A DNA stretch of 64,000 nt from Candidatus Eiseniibacteriota bacterium. Its GTDB lineage: Bacteria; Eisenbacteria; RBG-16-71-46; CAZAMP01. Of this stretch, positions 20,010 through 29,307 are shown one piece after another; positions within the stretch are counted from its first letter, which is position 1, and every line of letters begins with the position of its first letter. A program made the translations under genes and the position numbers. The stretch is from the NCBI GenBank assembly GCA_965224245.1, contig OZ245046.1:5088001-5152000 (forward strand). The letters are read 5' to 3'. The notes below the pieces were generated by a model. It searched no databases and was not told where the DNA came from. It was given only the letters and a program-made list of their open reading frames with translations.

Positions 20010-20576
20010 ATGACGGCGAGACGATTGCTGGCCGCCTTCGCGGTCGCCGGCCTCTGGATCACGCTCGGACAGCCGGTGGCGGTCGCCGGAGACGCCGACG
20101 CGCAGCGTGCCCGACGCGCGCTCTCGGTGGCGGAGGCCGCCGCCAACGCCTGGGCCGGCGACGCCGTGCTCGTGTACGTCGAGAACGACGAGGACCTCGA
20201 CGCGGACGGTCGATCCACGCGCTGGGGATATCTGTACCACTCTCCCGGCCGGAACATGTCCCGTGTGTACTCGATCCACGAGGACGACATCGTGGTGGCG
20301 TCGGATCTGGACATGGCCTTCGCAGCTCCGCCGGTGGCCAGCGCATGGATCGACAGTGACCACGCGCTCCGGGCCGCCGAGACGGAGTCCGGTGCCGCCT
20401 TCCGGGCGGAGAGCGGCGGTGCACTCTCCCACATGGTGCTCGTGCGCGGCGTGTTCGATCTCGAGCGCCCCGACGCCACGACCTGGACCGTCGTCTACAC
20501 GGCACCGGATGCTCCCTCGCTGTTCGTCGTCGTCGACGCGACGACGGGTCGCGTCACCCGAACCTATCGAGGCTGA
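20010..20576 (+). CDS. Hypothetical exported protein (PepSY-like fold possible)
   Basis: GGAG RBS; signal peptide; GRSTRWGYLY, WIDSDHALRAAE, FVVVDATTGRV. Confidence 0.68.
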   Translation: MTARRLLAAFAVAGLWITLGQPVAVAGDADAQRARRALSVAEAAANAWAGDAVLVYVENDEDLDADGRSTRWGYLYHSPGRNMSRVYSIHEDDIVVASDLDMAFAAPPVASAWIDSDHALRAAETESGAAFRAESGGALSHMVLVRGVFDLERPDATTWTVVYTAPDAPSLFVVVDATTGRVTRTYRG

Positions 20577-20579
20577 TCG

Positions 20580-21449
20580 ATGGCGACCTTCGGCAAGATG
20601 CCGGTGCTCGGTGCGCTGCTCTCCGGCGTCGTGCTGGCGACGGCGATCCCGACCGAGGCGAACGACGAGATCTCCGCCAGCCTTCACGAGGTGACGGTGA
20701 AGGTGGAGCGCCGGAAGCCCGAGCGCGAGAAGCACCCGACGCTGCACTTCCTCCGGGCGAATCGGGCGTTCATCCGGGCACAGCTGGATCGTCTCCGGGT
20801 CCGGCCGCTGGAGACGGACGCGTCGGCCGACGCGCTCTCGCCGAGTCACGTCCGTCACCAGGAGATGATGGCGGCGATCGCGTCGGCGACCGATGCGCTG
20901 GCCGCCGAGCGCGCGTCGTTCGACGATCACGATCTGCTTGCGCGCATCGACGATCTGGCCCGGATCGACGCCCAGCTCGGCAGGCTCGACGCGCTCCTCG
21001 CGGAGCAGCGCGCGCGCCTGGCCGAGATCGAGGCGCACTTCGTCGACGCACAGACCACCGCGTTGATGCTCATCGTACGCGGGCTGCCCGACGGCACCGT
21101 GCCCACCCAGATGGTGGTGGTGGACGACGGTGGGGCGGTGACGCGGGTCGACGTGCCCGATGGCGCGCGAGCGTCGCTCGAGAACGGCGGACTCATGGAG
21201 GTCTACCACGAGTACGCCGAGCCCCGTGAGCAGTCGTGGCGGGTGTCGTTCGTGTCGGCCGGCGGCGTCGAGTCGGATCCGCGCTACGTGACGCTCCGTC
21301 CCGAAGCCGGACGTCTGACGTTCGTGGAGCTGGATCTGACGACGTGGGCCGACGAGTCGGCGCTGGTCGCCAGAGCCTGGCTGGACGCGCCTCTCGGGGC
21401 CGCCGAGGCCGTGGCCGAGCGACCGGCGGCGGAGGAGCGACGTCCGTGA
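20580..21449 (+). CDS. Hypothetical exported coiled-coil + beta-domain protein
   Basis: Signal peptide; heptad-like segment LARIDAQLGRLDALLAEQRARLAEIE; coupled within the operon. Confidence 0.68.
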   Translation: MATFGKMPVLGALLSGVVLATAIPTEANDEISASLHEVTVKVERRKPEREKHPTLHFLRANRAFIRAQLDRLRVRPLETDASADALSPSHVRHQEMMAAIASATDALAAERASFDDHDLLARIDDLARIDAQLGRLDALLAEQRARLAEIEAHFVDAQTTALMLIVRGLPDGTVPTQMVVVDDGGAVTRVDVPDGARASLENGGLMEVYHEYAEPREQSWRVSFVSAGGVESDPRYVTLRPEAGRLTFVELDLTTWADESALVARAWLDAPLGAAEAVAERPAAEERRP

Positions 21450-24400
21450 CGTCGGTCTCATTCTCTCGTCTCGCACGGCTGCTCTCCTGCGTCGGCGCCG
21501 GGGTCGCGATCGGCCAGCTTGCGGTCGCCAGCGTCGCGAACGGGGCGCCGGGCGAGGCCCCCGAGCCCGAGACCGCCGACGCCGCACGGCCGTCATCGAT
21601 CGCGTGGCCGGCCACCGTCGACCCGGACGCGGTCCAATTCGGTCTGGCACTCACGGCCGCGCGGGTGGCCGGACCGGCCCGCGTGGCCGAGATCCTGGAG
21701 GGCCTGAACGTGGCGTCGGCGTCGTTCGAGGGAGCCGACCGCGCCGCGTTCCTCCTCGCGAACGCGTATCTGGAGACCGGTGACGTCCCGGCGTTCCTCG
21801 CCCTCGCGACGGCGCTGACCGATCGCAATCCGCGATCGCCGTACTCGCACTGGATCGCGACACTGCAGGCGATGCTCACCGGCCGGCCGCGCGAGACCGG
21901 CTCGGTGCGGGATGCGCTCGACGACGTGGCCGGTGCGACCGGAGCCCTCCTGGAGTCGCTGGCCTCCCGGGCGGCCACGACGCCGCTCGATGTCGAGCTG
22001 TCGGCGCTTGCGGCACTCGAGCTGGCGAGGCGTGACGTCGCCACCGGCGGCGATCCGACCTCGCGCCTGCTCGCGGTTCCGTCGGCGTCCGTCCACGCTG
22101 CGCGTGCCCGGCACGTGGCGGCCGCGTGGTTGTACGAGGCGGGTCGGCCCGCCGCGGCACGGGGCGTGCTCGACACGCTTCTCGTCGCCGATCCCGACTA
22201 CGCCGATCGGCGAGACGCCGAGCTTCTCCTGGCCGCGATCCTCACCGATGCTGCCGACTGGGAGCGTGCGCTCTCTCGATACTCGGCGATCGACGAGGAC
22301 TGGCGTCGTGAGGACGCCGAGCTCCGCGAGATCGAATCCGACGCCGACTGGGATGCCCTCTGGACGAGGTGGCGCGGCCAGGGAGAGGAGACGATCGCAT
22401 TCGACGGCGATCGGATCGAGGTCGAGCGGCGTGCCGCCGTCGAGCACGCCCTGGTGCCCCGCAGCCCCTCGCCGGACGAGCCCTCTCGCGCGGAGCTGGT
22501 GCCGACGGGCGCGCGCCCACGGGGGGCGCGGGTGCCCGCCCCCGGCGACGACGAGCTGCGCGAGGTGGCCGATCTCGCCCTCACCATCGGGGAGCGTGAG
22601 TCCGAGCGCACACGCCTCTTCGTACGCATGGCCGATCTCGAGGCCGACGCGGCCCGGCGTGCCCGCCACGCCGCCCGCGGCGGCGCACGTCTCGACGAGA
22701 CGCGCGCAGCCCTGGGCGCGGGCGTGGACGAGCTCGAGTCGCTGGCAGCGACGCTGGACGCGCTCGCGGTCGAGCTGGGTGCGGTGCGCGACGACGCGAT
22801 CGGGGTGTTCACCGCACGGGCCGGTCGAATGGCTCGTGCGGCCCGCAGCGCGGTCGTCACGCTGGAGGCGCTGGATCGGTTCTACGTCGGGGGTCCGAAC
22901 CTCCGGAGGGCGACGCCGTCTCCTCCCGGTGTCCCGTCCCCATCGGAGGTGCTGGCGAGCGAGGCCGAGCTGGCCGCGGAGCTGGGGACGTTCTGCGACC
23001 GCCTGACGCGGGACGTGGCCGATCTCATCGCACGCTCGCACGACGAGGCGTGGCGCCCGGGGCTCGTGGACTCCGCGCGAACGCTGCTCGCCCGCGGGCA
23101 CGCACTCCTGCAGGACGAGACGGGACTCGCCGCGCGCGTGCGGGTCGCCGGCGACGATCACGGCGCGGCGGCCGCCGTTCGTGGCCGGCTGGCGGCGCTG
23201 GACGGTGAGCTGTCGAGGCTGCGTGCCCGCCGGGCCGAGGTCCGCGAGGCGACCGCGCGCCACGCGATCGACGTCCGCCGCCGGGCGCTCGCGTCCGAGC
23301 GAGAGGCCATCGACTACGGTCTGGCGACCGCGACGTACTGGTGCTCGCGCGGAGCGGAGCCGGGGCCGGGCGCACGGGCCGGCGAGCGCGAGGCGATCGC
23401 GCGCTACGGTGCCTTCCTCGTCCACTACCCCGAGAGCGGGGCCCGCGGGGAGGTCCGGTTCAACCTCGCCGACCTCGAGCTCAGCGCGGCACGGCGGGCG
23501 TTTCGCGAGACGATGGCGCGCTACGTCGAGGAGCACGCCATGGACGATGCGCAGGCCGGGAAGGTGTCGGCCCTGTTCGTCGACGTTTCGCCGGCGCTGG
23601 CGCTCTACGACGCGATCCTGGCCGAGGACCCGGGCTTCGCACACCGGGACGCCGTTCTCTTCAACGCGGGGATGCTGCTGGCCGACCAGGGAGACCCCCG
23701 GGCCGAGTCACACCTGGAGGCGCTGGTCACCGAGCACCCGAGCTCGGAGTTTCATCAGGAGGCCCAGCTGCGGCTCGGCGATCTCGCGTTCGATCGGGCG
23801 AGCTACCTGCGCGCCGCCCCCGCCTACGAGGCGGCCGCGTGCGGTGACGATGCCGGTCACGCGGCGATCGCGCTGTACAAGCTCGGATGGTCTCACTTCA
23901 ACGTCGACGCGTTCGAGGCGGCGGCCGATGCGTTTCGCCGCTTGCTGGACCTCTACGACACCACCGACGTCCGGGACGTGGGCGCCGATCTTCGAGTCGA
24001 GGCCGAGGATTACCTGGTGCACGCACTCTCCCGGGCCGGTGGAGCGGACGCCTTCGCGGCGTACTTCGGCTCGATCGGCCCGCGCGACTACGAGCCGCGC
24101 GTCCTGGATCGGCTCGCCCGGCTCCTTCGCCGGTTCAGCCTCTACTCCGAGTCCATCGCCGCCGATCGTCTCTTCACCGAACGCTACCCCACGCGGCCCG
24201 GAGCGCTGGTCAGCGCGGCGCGCATCGTGGATGCGTACGCGGCCCGGAACGAGCCCGAGCGCGCGCACGAGGCCCGGCTCTGGTTCGCGCCGATGTTCGC
24301 GCCGGGCTCACAGTGGCGTGCCGCGAACGCCGATGCGGACTCGATTCGCACCGCCGGTGAGACGTTCGCACGGGACGCCTGGAAGACGGTCGCCTTCGAA

Positions 24401-26101
24401 CGCCATCGAGCCGCACGTGAGTCCGGCGCCGGGGCCGACTACGCGGATGCGCGATCGCTGTACGAGACGGTGCTCCGCATCTGGCCGGACGACGCGGACG
24501 CGGCTCGCCTCCATCTCTACGCCGGTGATGCGGCCGCCCACGAGGATGCGTTCGCGGCCGCGGTCTCGCACTTCGGCACCGCCGCCGAGAGCGACAGCCT
24601 CTCGCTGGCCCAGGATGCGAGCTGGCAGCGCGTGAGCGTGACCGACCGGTGGTATCGGGCCACCGCCGAGAGCGACTCGCTGGCCAGTGTGCTCATCTCG
24701 AGCCTGGGAACTCACGTGGACCGGTTCGCCGACGACCCGCGCAACGCCGATCTGAGGTGGCGCCGCGCCACGCTGGCCATGGCGCACGCGCGCCACGCGG
24801 CCGCAATCGCGCTGTTCTCCGACTTCATCGCCTCGCATCCGCTCGACCCGCGTCGCCCCGATGCGGCGAGCATGCGCGCGGACGCCGTCTACGCCACGGG
24901 CGCCTACCGCGACGCGTCCGACGCCTATGCCGACGCGGTCGCGATCGCACGAGCGGCCGGACGCGACAGCCTCGCGGCGACGCTGACCCCGAACGTATCG
25001 GCGTCGTTCTTTCAGCACGTCGAGGCTGCGGTGGCGGCGAACGCGCCGAAGGGCATCGAGGCTTCGCTCCTCTCCACGTTCGCCGATCGCTGGCCCGATC
25101 ACGCGAACGCGCCCGTGGCCCGCTATCGGGCCGGGCTCGCCTGGCGTGACGCGAAGCGCTGGGCGGCCGCGGACTCGGCGCTGACCCGACTGATCGCCCG
25201 TCATCCGGACACGGAGCTCGCGCGCGATGCTCACCTGACGCGGGCGGACCTGTGGAAGGAGGCGGACGAGCCGGCTCGCGCCGCCGACGCACTGCTCGCC
25301 TTCGCGAATGCGTACCCCGACGACGCCGATGCCGGCACCGCGCTACTGGAGAGCGCCGATCTCGTGGAATCCGCAGGGCGGCCCGAGGACGCCGAGCGGC
25401 TTCGCCTCGACTACCTGGATCGTCATCCGGACGACGTCGCGACCGCGATGGAGATCCTGGAGCCGCTGGCCCGACGCGAGCTCGACGGGCTCGACGCCGG
25501 CGCACCCGTGCGCACGCTTCTCGACGGCGAACGTGGGACCCATCTCGCGCGCTACGTGACGCTGGCCGACGCGAACGCCGCGCTGGCTTCTCGCGAGCTG
25601 ATCGCCGAGGTCCGGTTCCGGGAGGCCGAGGACGAGCTCGGGCCGTACCTCGCGCTCCAGCTCACACAGCCGATCGACGCGGCGATCGAGCGGCGAAAGA
25701 GCCGGCTCGAGGCCGTGATGACCCGGTACCAGCGCGCGGCCGACGTCGGCGTGCCCGAGTGGACGCACGCCGCGGCGCACCGGATCGGCGAGGCACTCGT
25801 CGACTTCGGACGGGCGCTGGAGGTCAGCGAGCGTCCCGGTGATCTCGGCGAGGAGGATCTGTGGGCCTACGAGGACGTGCTGTTCGAGCAGAGCTGGACG
25901 TTCTACGACCGGGGCGAAGCGGTCTGGACCGATCTCCTGTCCGGCACCGGGGTCTTCCCCGACCACGACCCGGGCGGGTGGCTGGCCCGCGCCCGCGCGT
26001 CGCTGTGGTCACGACTGGCCACGCGGTTCTCGCTGAAGCCCGACTTCGAGTATCCGGTCGCGACGGCGACCCCGCCGACCCTCACCGCGGAGGCGAACTG
26101 A
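21446..26101 (+). CDS. Giant periplasmic TPR protein (GltD/AgmU-like, ~1550 aa)
   Basis: GTGA overlap; many TPR/BamD-like repeats (EAQLRLGDLAF, ALYKLGWSHF, ARYRAGLAW); C-terminal WTHAAAHRIGE..VDF...LE.SERP..L.....YEDVL.EQ. Confidence 0.82.
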   Translation: MTSVSFSRLARLLSCVGAGVAIGQLAVASVANGAPGEAPEPETADAARPSSIAWPATVDPDAVQFGLALTAARVAGPARVAEILEGLNVASASFEGADRAAFLLANAYLETGDVPAFLALATALTDRNPRSPYSHWIATLQAMLTGRPRETGSVRDALDDVAGATGALLESLASRAATTPLDVELSALAALELARRDVATGGDPTSRLLAVPSASVHAARARHVAAAWLYEAGRPAAARGVLDTLLVADPDYADRRDAELLLAAILTDAADWERALSRYSAIDEDWRREDAELREIESDADWDALWTRWRGQGEETIAFDGDRIEVERRAAVEHALVPRSPSPDEPSRAELVPTGARPRGARVPAPGDDELREVADLALTIGERESERTRLFVRMADLEADAARRARHAARGGARLDETRAALGAGVDELESLAATLDALAVELGAVRDDAIGVFTARAGRMARAARSAVVTLEALDRFYVGGPNLRRATPSPPGVPSPSEVLASEAELAAELGTFCDRLTRDVADLIARSHDEAWRPGLVDSARTLLARGHALLQDETGLAARVRVAGDDHGAAAAVRGRLAALDGELSRLRARRAEVREATARHAIDVRRRALASEREAIDYGLATATYWCSRGAEPGPGARAGEREAIARYGAFLVHYPESGARGEVRFNLADLELSAARRAFRETMARYVEEHAMDDAQAGKVSALFVDVSPALALYDAILAEDPGFAHRDAVLFNAGMLLADQGDPRAESHLEALVTEHPSSEFHQEAQLRLGDLAFDRASYLRAAPAYEAAACGDDAGHAAIALYKLGWSHFNVDAFEAAADAFRRLLDLYDTTDVRDVGADLRVEAEDYLVHALSRAGGADAFAAYFGSIGPRDYEPRVLDRLARLLRRFSLYSESIAADRLFTERYPTRPGALVSAARIVDAYAARNEPERAHEARLWFAPMFAPGSQWRAANADADSIRTAGETFARDAWKTVAFERHRAARESGAGADYADARSLYETVLRIWPDDADAARLHLYAGDAAAHEDAFAAAVSHFGTAAESDSLSLAQDASWQRVSVTDRWYRATAESDSLASVLISSLGTHVDRFADDPRNADLRWRRATLAMAHARHAAAIALFSDFIASHPLDPRRPDAASMRADAVYATGAYRDASDAYADAVAIARAAGRDSLAATLTPNVSASFFQHVEAAVAANAPKGIEASLLSTFADRWPDHANAPVARYRAGLAWRDAKRWAAADSALTRLIARHPDTELARDAHLTRADLWKEADEPARAADALLAFANAYPDDADAGTALLESADLVESAGRPEDAERLRLDYLDRHPDDVATAMEILEPLARRELDGLDAGAPVRTLLDGERGTHLARYVTLADANAALASRELIAEVRFREAEDELGPYLALQLTQPIDAAIERRKSRLEAVMTRYQRAADVGVPEWTHAAAHRIGEALVDFGRALEVSERPGDLGEEDLWAYEDVLFEQSWTFYDRGEAVWTDLLSGTGVFPDHDPGGWLARARASLWSRLATRFSLKPDFEYPVATATPPTLTAEAN

Positions 26102-26102
26102 C

Positions 26103-27047
26103 ATGCGTGCATCCCGATGGATCGTCACGTGGATGGTCGGCGGAGCGCTGCCCGTGCTCCTCGCCGGCTGTGGCGGTGTGCACCGCTCGGGCGAAGATCG
26201 CCTGGCCGATGCGCGCACCGCGGATCGGCTCGGGCACGCGGATGCCGAGGTGCTCCTGGCCGAGGCCGCCACGCGGCGCGCCGAGTTCCCGGACGAGCCC
26301 TACTGGCCGTATCGGATGGCCCGCGTACATCTGGCGCGCGGCGAGAAACGCGAGGCGATGTCGTCCCTCGGGGACGCGCTCCGCCTGGATCGCACGTACG
26401 AGCCGGCGCTGCTTCTCCTGTCGAAGGTCTACTTCGACCGGGGTCGTCATCAGGAAGCCGTCGACCTCATCGAGGGCGCGCGTCGCGCGAGCGCCGGCGA
26501 CGGGGCCGCGTCGGGCCTCTCCCCGCGCCTGGCGGCCGCGCTCGCGCTGCACCACGACGCGATGGAGGCCTGGGCCGACGCCGACGCGATCGTCGACGCC
26601 CTCGAGGATCCCGCGTCGGCGGGCGTCGGATCGGCGCTCGCGTACGTCGCGCTGAAAGGCGAGGACCCCGCGCGTGCGTCCGCGCACGCAGAGGCCGCAC
26701 TCGCCGGCGATGACGACAGCGCCGTGAACCTGAACAACCTCGCCGTCAGCCGGCTTCGCGCCGGGGATCCGGTCGCCGCCCGGGAGGCGCTCTCGAGGGC
26801 GATCGAGCGCGATCCCGATCTGGCGAGCCCGTACTACAACCTCGCGGTGACCGAGCTGTTCTTCTTCCTCGACCGCGAGCGCGCCGCCGAGTGGTTCCGG
26901 AAGTACCGAGAACGTGCCGACGGCAACGGGCCAGCCGACGTGTTCGACCCGGACGGACTGGCGGGCATGCTGGGGGATGTCACCCCCGAACGGCTGGCCG
27001 CAGCCGACGGCGACGAACACGACATGCCGGAAAGGACCACACCATGA
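26103..27047 (+). CDS. TPR lipoprotein (GltE/AglT-like)
   Basis: Lipobox LLAGC; TPR motifs NLNNLAV and PYYNLAV...A..WFRKY. Confidence 0.78.
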   Translation: MRASRWIVTWMVGGALPVLLAGCGGVHRSGEDRLADARTADRLGHADAEVLLAEAATRRAEFPDEPYWPYRMARVHLARGEKREAMSSLGDALRLDRTYEPALLLLSKVYFDRGRHQEAVDLIEGARRASAGDGAASGLSPRLAAALALHHDAMEAWADADAIVDALEDPASAGVGSALAYVALKGEDPARASAHAEAALAGDDDSAVNLNNLAVSRLRAGDPVAAREALSRAIERDPDLASPYYNLAVTELFFFLDRERAAEWFRKYRERADGNGPADVFDPDGLAGMLGDVTPERLAAADGDEHDMPERTTP

Positions 27048-27409
27048 GGCACGACTTTCGCAACGCCTGTCGGGTCGCGGCACTGTGCGCGGTGGCGATC
27101 GGCATGGGCTCTCCCGGCCCGATCGAGGCCGCCGAGGCCGCGTTCACGCTCGAGGACATCACGATCGAAGGCACGGTCGACGTTCCCGAGGTCCTATTCA
27201 TCTCGGGACGCGATCAGGTGAGGTTTCCGAGCACGATGCACCGAACGTATCTGACGTCCGCCGCGGAGCTGGCGAGCCGGGCTCCCCGCGACGTGCGGGT
27301 CATCGTCTGCTGGCGGGGTCTTCTCTGCAGTCGATGGGGCGCCACGGCGCCGGCGGCGACCGAGCCCGGTCCGGCCGACGCGCCGGACGCGGACGTCGAG
27401 ACGGACTGA
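27044..27409 (+). CDS. Small exported protein, GltF/CglF-like
   Basis: ATGA overlap; signal peptide; FTLEDITIEGTVDVPEVLFI.GR resembles the recalled GltF-type 'xIEGxxxxP' motif; lies between the TPR lipoprotein and ExbB. Confidence 0.6.
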   Translation: MRHDFRNACRVAALCAVAIGMGSPGPIEAAEAAFTLEDITIEGTVDVPEVLFISGRDQVRFPSTMHRTYLTSAAELASRAPRDVRVIVCWRGLLCSRWGATAPAATEPGPADAPDADVETD

Positions 27410-27527
27410 GCGTCGAGAGACTCGTTCCGGAGCGCACCGGGGACGGTCGGGCCGGGACACTGGACACGTTTCGAGGATCACATCGATCGGCATGTGCGCG
27501 CCGACGCGCGCCCGGAGGAGCAGCGCC

Positions 27528-28271
27528 ATGGATCTGTTCGCGACGATTGCCGGCTTCTTCAGAGGCGGCGGCCCCTTCATGTACGTGATACTCGGCGTCG
27601 GCGTGCTGATGGTCGCCATCGTCGTCGAGCGGTTCCTCGTGATCGGACGCGCGTCGCGGATCAACACGTCCCGCTTCGTGGCCGATCTCCAGGCCTGCCT
27701 CGAGAAGGGCGACGTGGCCAGGGCGCGAGAGCTGTGCCGTGGCACCACGCCCGCCGTCCGGGTGGCCGCGGCCATCCTCGGAGATGGGTCCGGTGACCAG
27801 CAACGCCTTCAGAACACGGCCGACGGCGCGGCGACGCTTGCGCTCCCGCGCCTCACGAAGCGTCTTCCGCACCTGAACACGCTGGCCAACACGGCCACGC
27901 TCCTCGGCCTCCTGGGAACGATCTTCGGGCTGACCACGGCGTTCTCGGCGGTGGGCGCCGCCGACCCCGCGCAGCGCTCCGCGTTCCTCGCGGCCGGCAT
28001 CTCGCAGGCGCTCAGCACGACCGCCTTCGGACTCATCGTCGCGGTGCCCGCGCTCCTGGCGCACGGCTTCCTGGTGGGCAAGGTCGAGGGTGTCGTCGCC
28101 GACGTGGACGAGGTGAGCGTGAGGCTCGTCAAGCAGATGTCGCGTCCGCGGATGACGACGGCGGGCACCTCGGCTCCGGGTCTGGCCCAGAGCACGGCCG
28201 CGCGCGCGACCGCACCGCGACTGGCCCCGCCGGCTCCGGCAGCCGGCACACCCCGTCGGGGAGCCGCGTAG
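27528..28271 (+). CDS. MotA/TolQ/ExbB proton channel (AglR-like)
   Basis: GGAGGA RBS; GGPFMY, IVVERF, ATLLGLLGTIFGL, GISQALSTTAFGLIVAVP. Confidence 0.93.
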   Translation: MDLFATIAGFFRGGGPFMYVILGVGVLMVAIVVERFLVIGRASRINTSRFVADLQACLEKGDVARARELCRGTTPAVRVAAAILGDGSGDQQRLQNTADGAATLALPRLTKRLPHLNTLANTATLLGLLGTIFGLTTAFSAVGAADPAQRSAFLAAGISQALSTTAFGLIVAVPALLAHGFLVGKVEGVVADVDEVSVRLVKQMSRPRMTTAGTSAPGLAQSTAARATAPRLAPPAPAAGTPRRGAA

Positions 28272-28274
28272 AAC

Positions 28275-28799
28275 ATGGATGTTCGTCGCACCGGCCGGAG
28301 CTATCGACGACTCATCGAGGCCGACATCGAGATGCTGCCGCTGATGAACCTCTTCATCGTGCTGATCCCGATGCTGCTCCTGTCGGCGGTGTTCGTCGAG
28401 GTGACGGCGATCGACATGGCGATGCCAGGGGCGGATCCATCCGAGAGCGCGCCGGAGGAAGAGCCGTTCCGGCTCTCGGTCGAGATCGCGCCCGATGCAT
28501 ACGTCATCGACGGCAATCGCGTCGATCGCCGGGTCATCGACTGGGGGACGCCGGCGGGGACACCCTCGCCGGATGCGGCACACGAGACGCTCCGCGCGGC
28601 GCTGGCCGGGATCGCCGAGCGGCATCCCGAGAACCGCGCGGTTCAGATCCTGTCCCGACCCCGGACGCGCTACCGCGAGATCATCGCCGTGATGGACGCG
28701 TCACGAGAGGCCGGTCTGCCGCACGTCGGACTGGGAGACGCGGCCGCCCCCCGCGGTGTCGGCGACGTTGCCGTCCGCGACGTGACCAACGAGGGCTGA
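28275..28799 (+). CDS. ExbD/TolR family protein (TM Asp replaced by Asn)
   Basis: EMLPLMNLFIVLIPMLL; C-terminal Y..IIAVMDA.REAG. Confidence 0.85.
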   Translation: MDVRRTGRSYRRLIEADIEMLPLMNLFIVLIPMLLLSAVFVEVTAIDMAMPGADPSESAPEEEPFRLSVEIAPDAYVIDGNRVDRRVIDWGTPAGTPSPDAAHETLRAALAGIAERHPENRAVQILSRPRTRYREIIAVMDASREAGLPHVGLGDAAAPRGVGDVAVRDVTNEG

Positions 28800-28801
28800 C
28801 G

Positions 28802-29299
28802 ATGCACCGAACCTGCCACTCCGGTCGGCGCTCGATCGCGTCCCTGAGACGCTCGGGCGGGATCCGACTCACGTCGATGATGGACATCCTGACTGTCCTG
28901 CTCCTCTTCCTGTTGAAGAGCTTCGTCGTCGACGGCGAGGCGATGACACCGCGGGCGGGCATCGATCTTCCCGAGTCGACGGCGGAAGGAAGTCCGGATC
29001 CGTCGCTCGTCGTGGCCATCCAGTCCGACGGGATCGTCCTCGAGGACGAGCTGGTCGCGTCGCTGGCCGAGGTACGCGACGGCGGACTCGAGATCTCCGC
29101 CCTGAGTGAGCGTCTGGACGCGGTCTGGACCCGCATGGACGCGCTGGCGCGGCGTCGTGGCGAGCGCGAGGCCAGCGCACCGACGGCGACGATCCAGGGC
29201 GATCGCGATCTGGAGTTCGACGTCCTGCAACGCGTGATGTTCACGCTCGCCGAGAACGGGTTCGAGGACATCTCCCTGGCGGTCATCAAGAAGTCCTGA
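28802..29299 (+). CDS. ExbD/TolR family protein (AglS-like)
   Basis: LTSMMDILTVLLLFLLKSF; IQGDRDLEF..LQRVMFT. Confidence 0.88.
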   Translation: MHRTCHSGRRSIASLRRSGGIRLTSMMDILTVLLLFLLKSFVVDGEAMTPRAGIDLPESTAEGSPDPSLVVAIQSDGIVLEDELVASLAEVRDGGLEISALSERLDAVWTRMDALARRRGEREASAPTATIQGDRDLEFDVLQRVMFTLAENGFEDISLAVIKKS

Positions 29300-29307
29300 G
29301 GGTGGGC

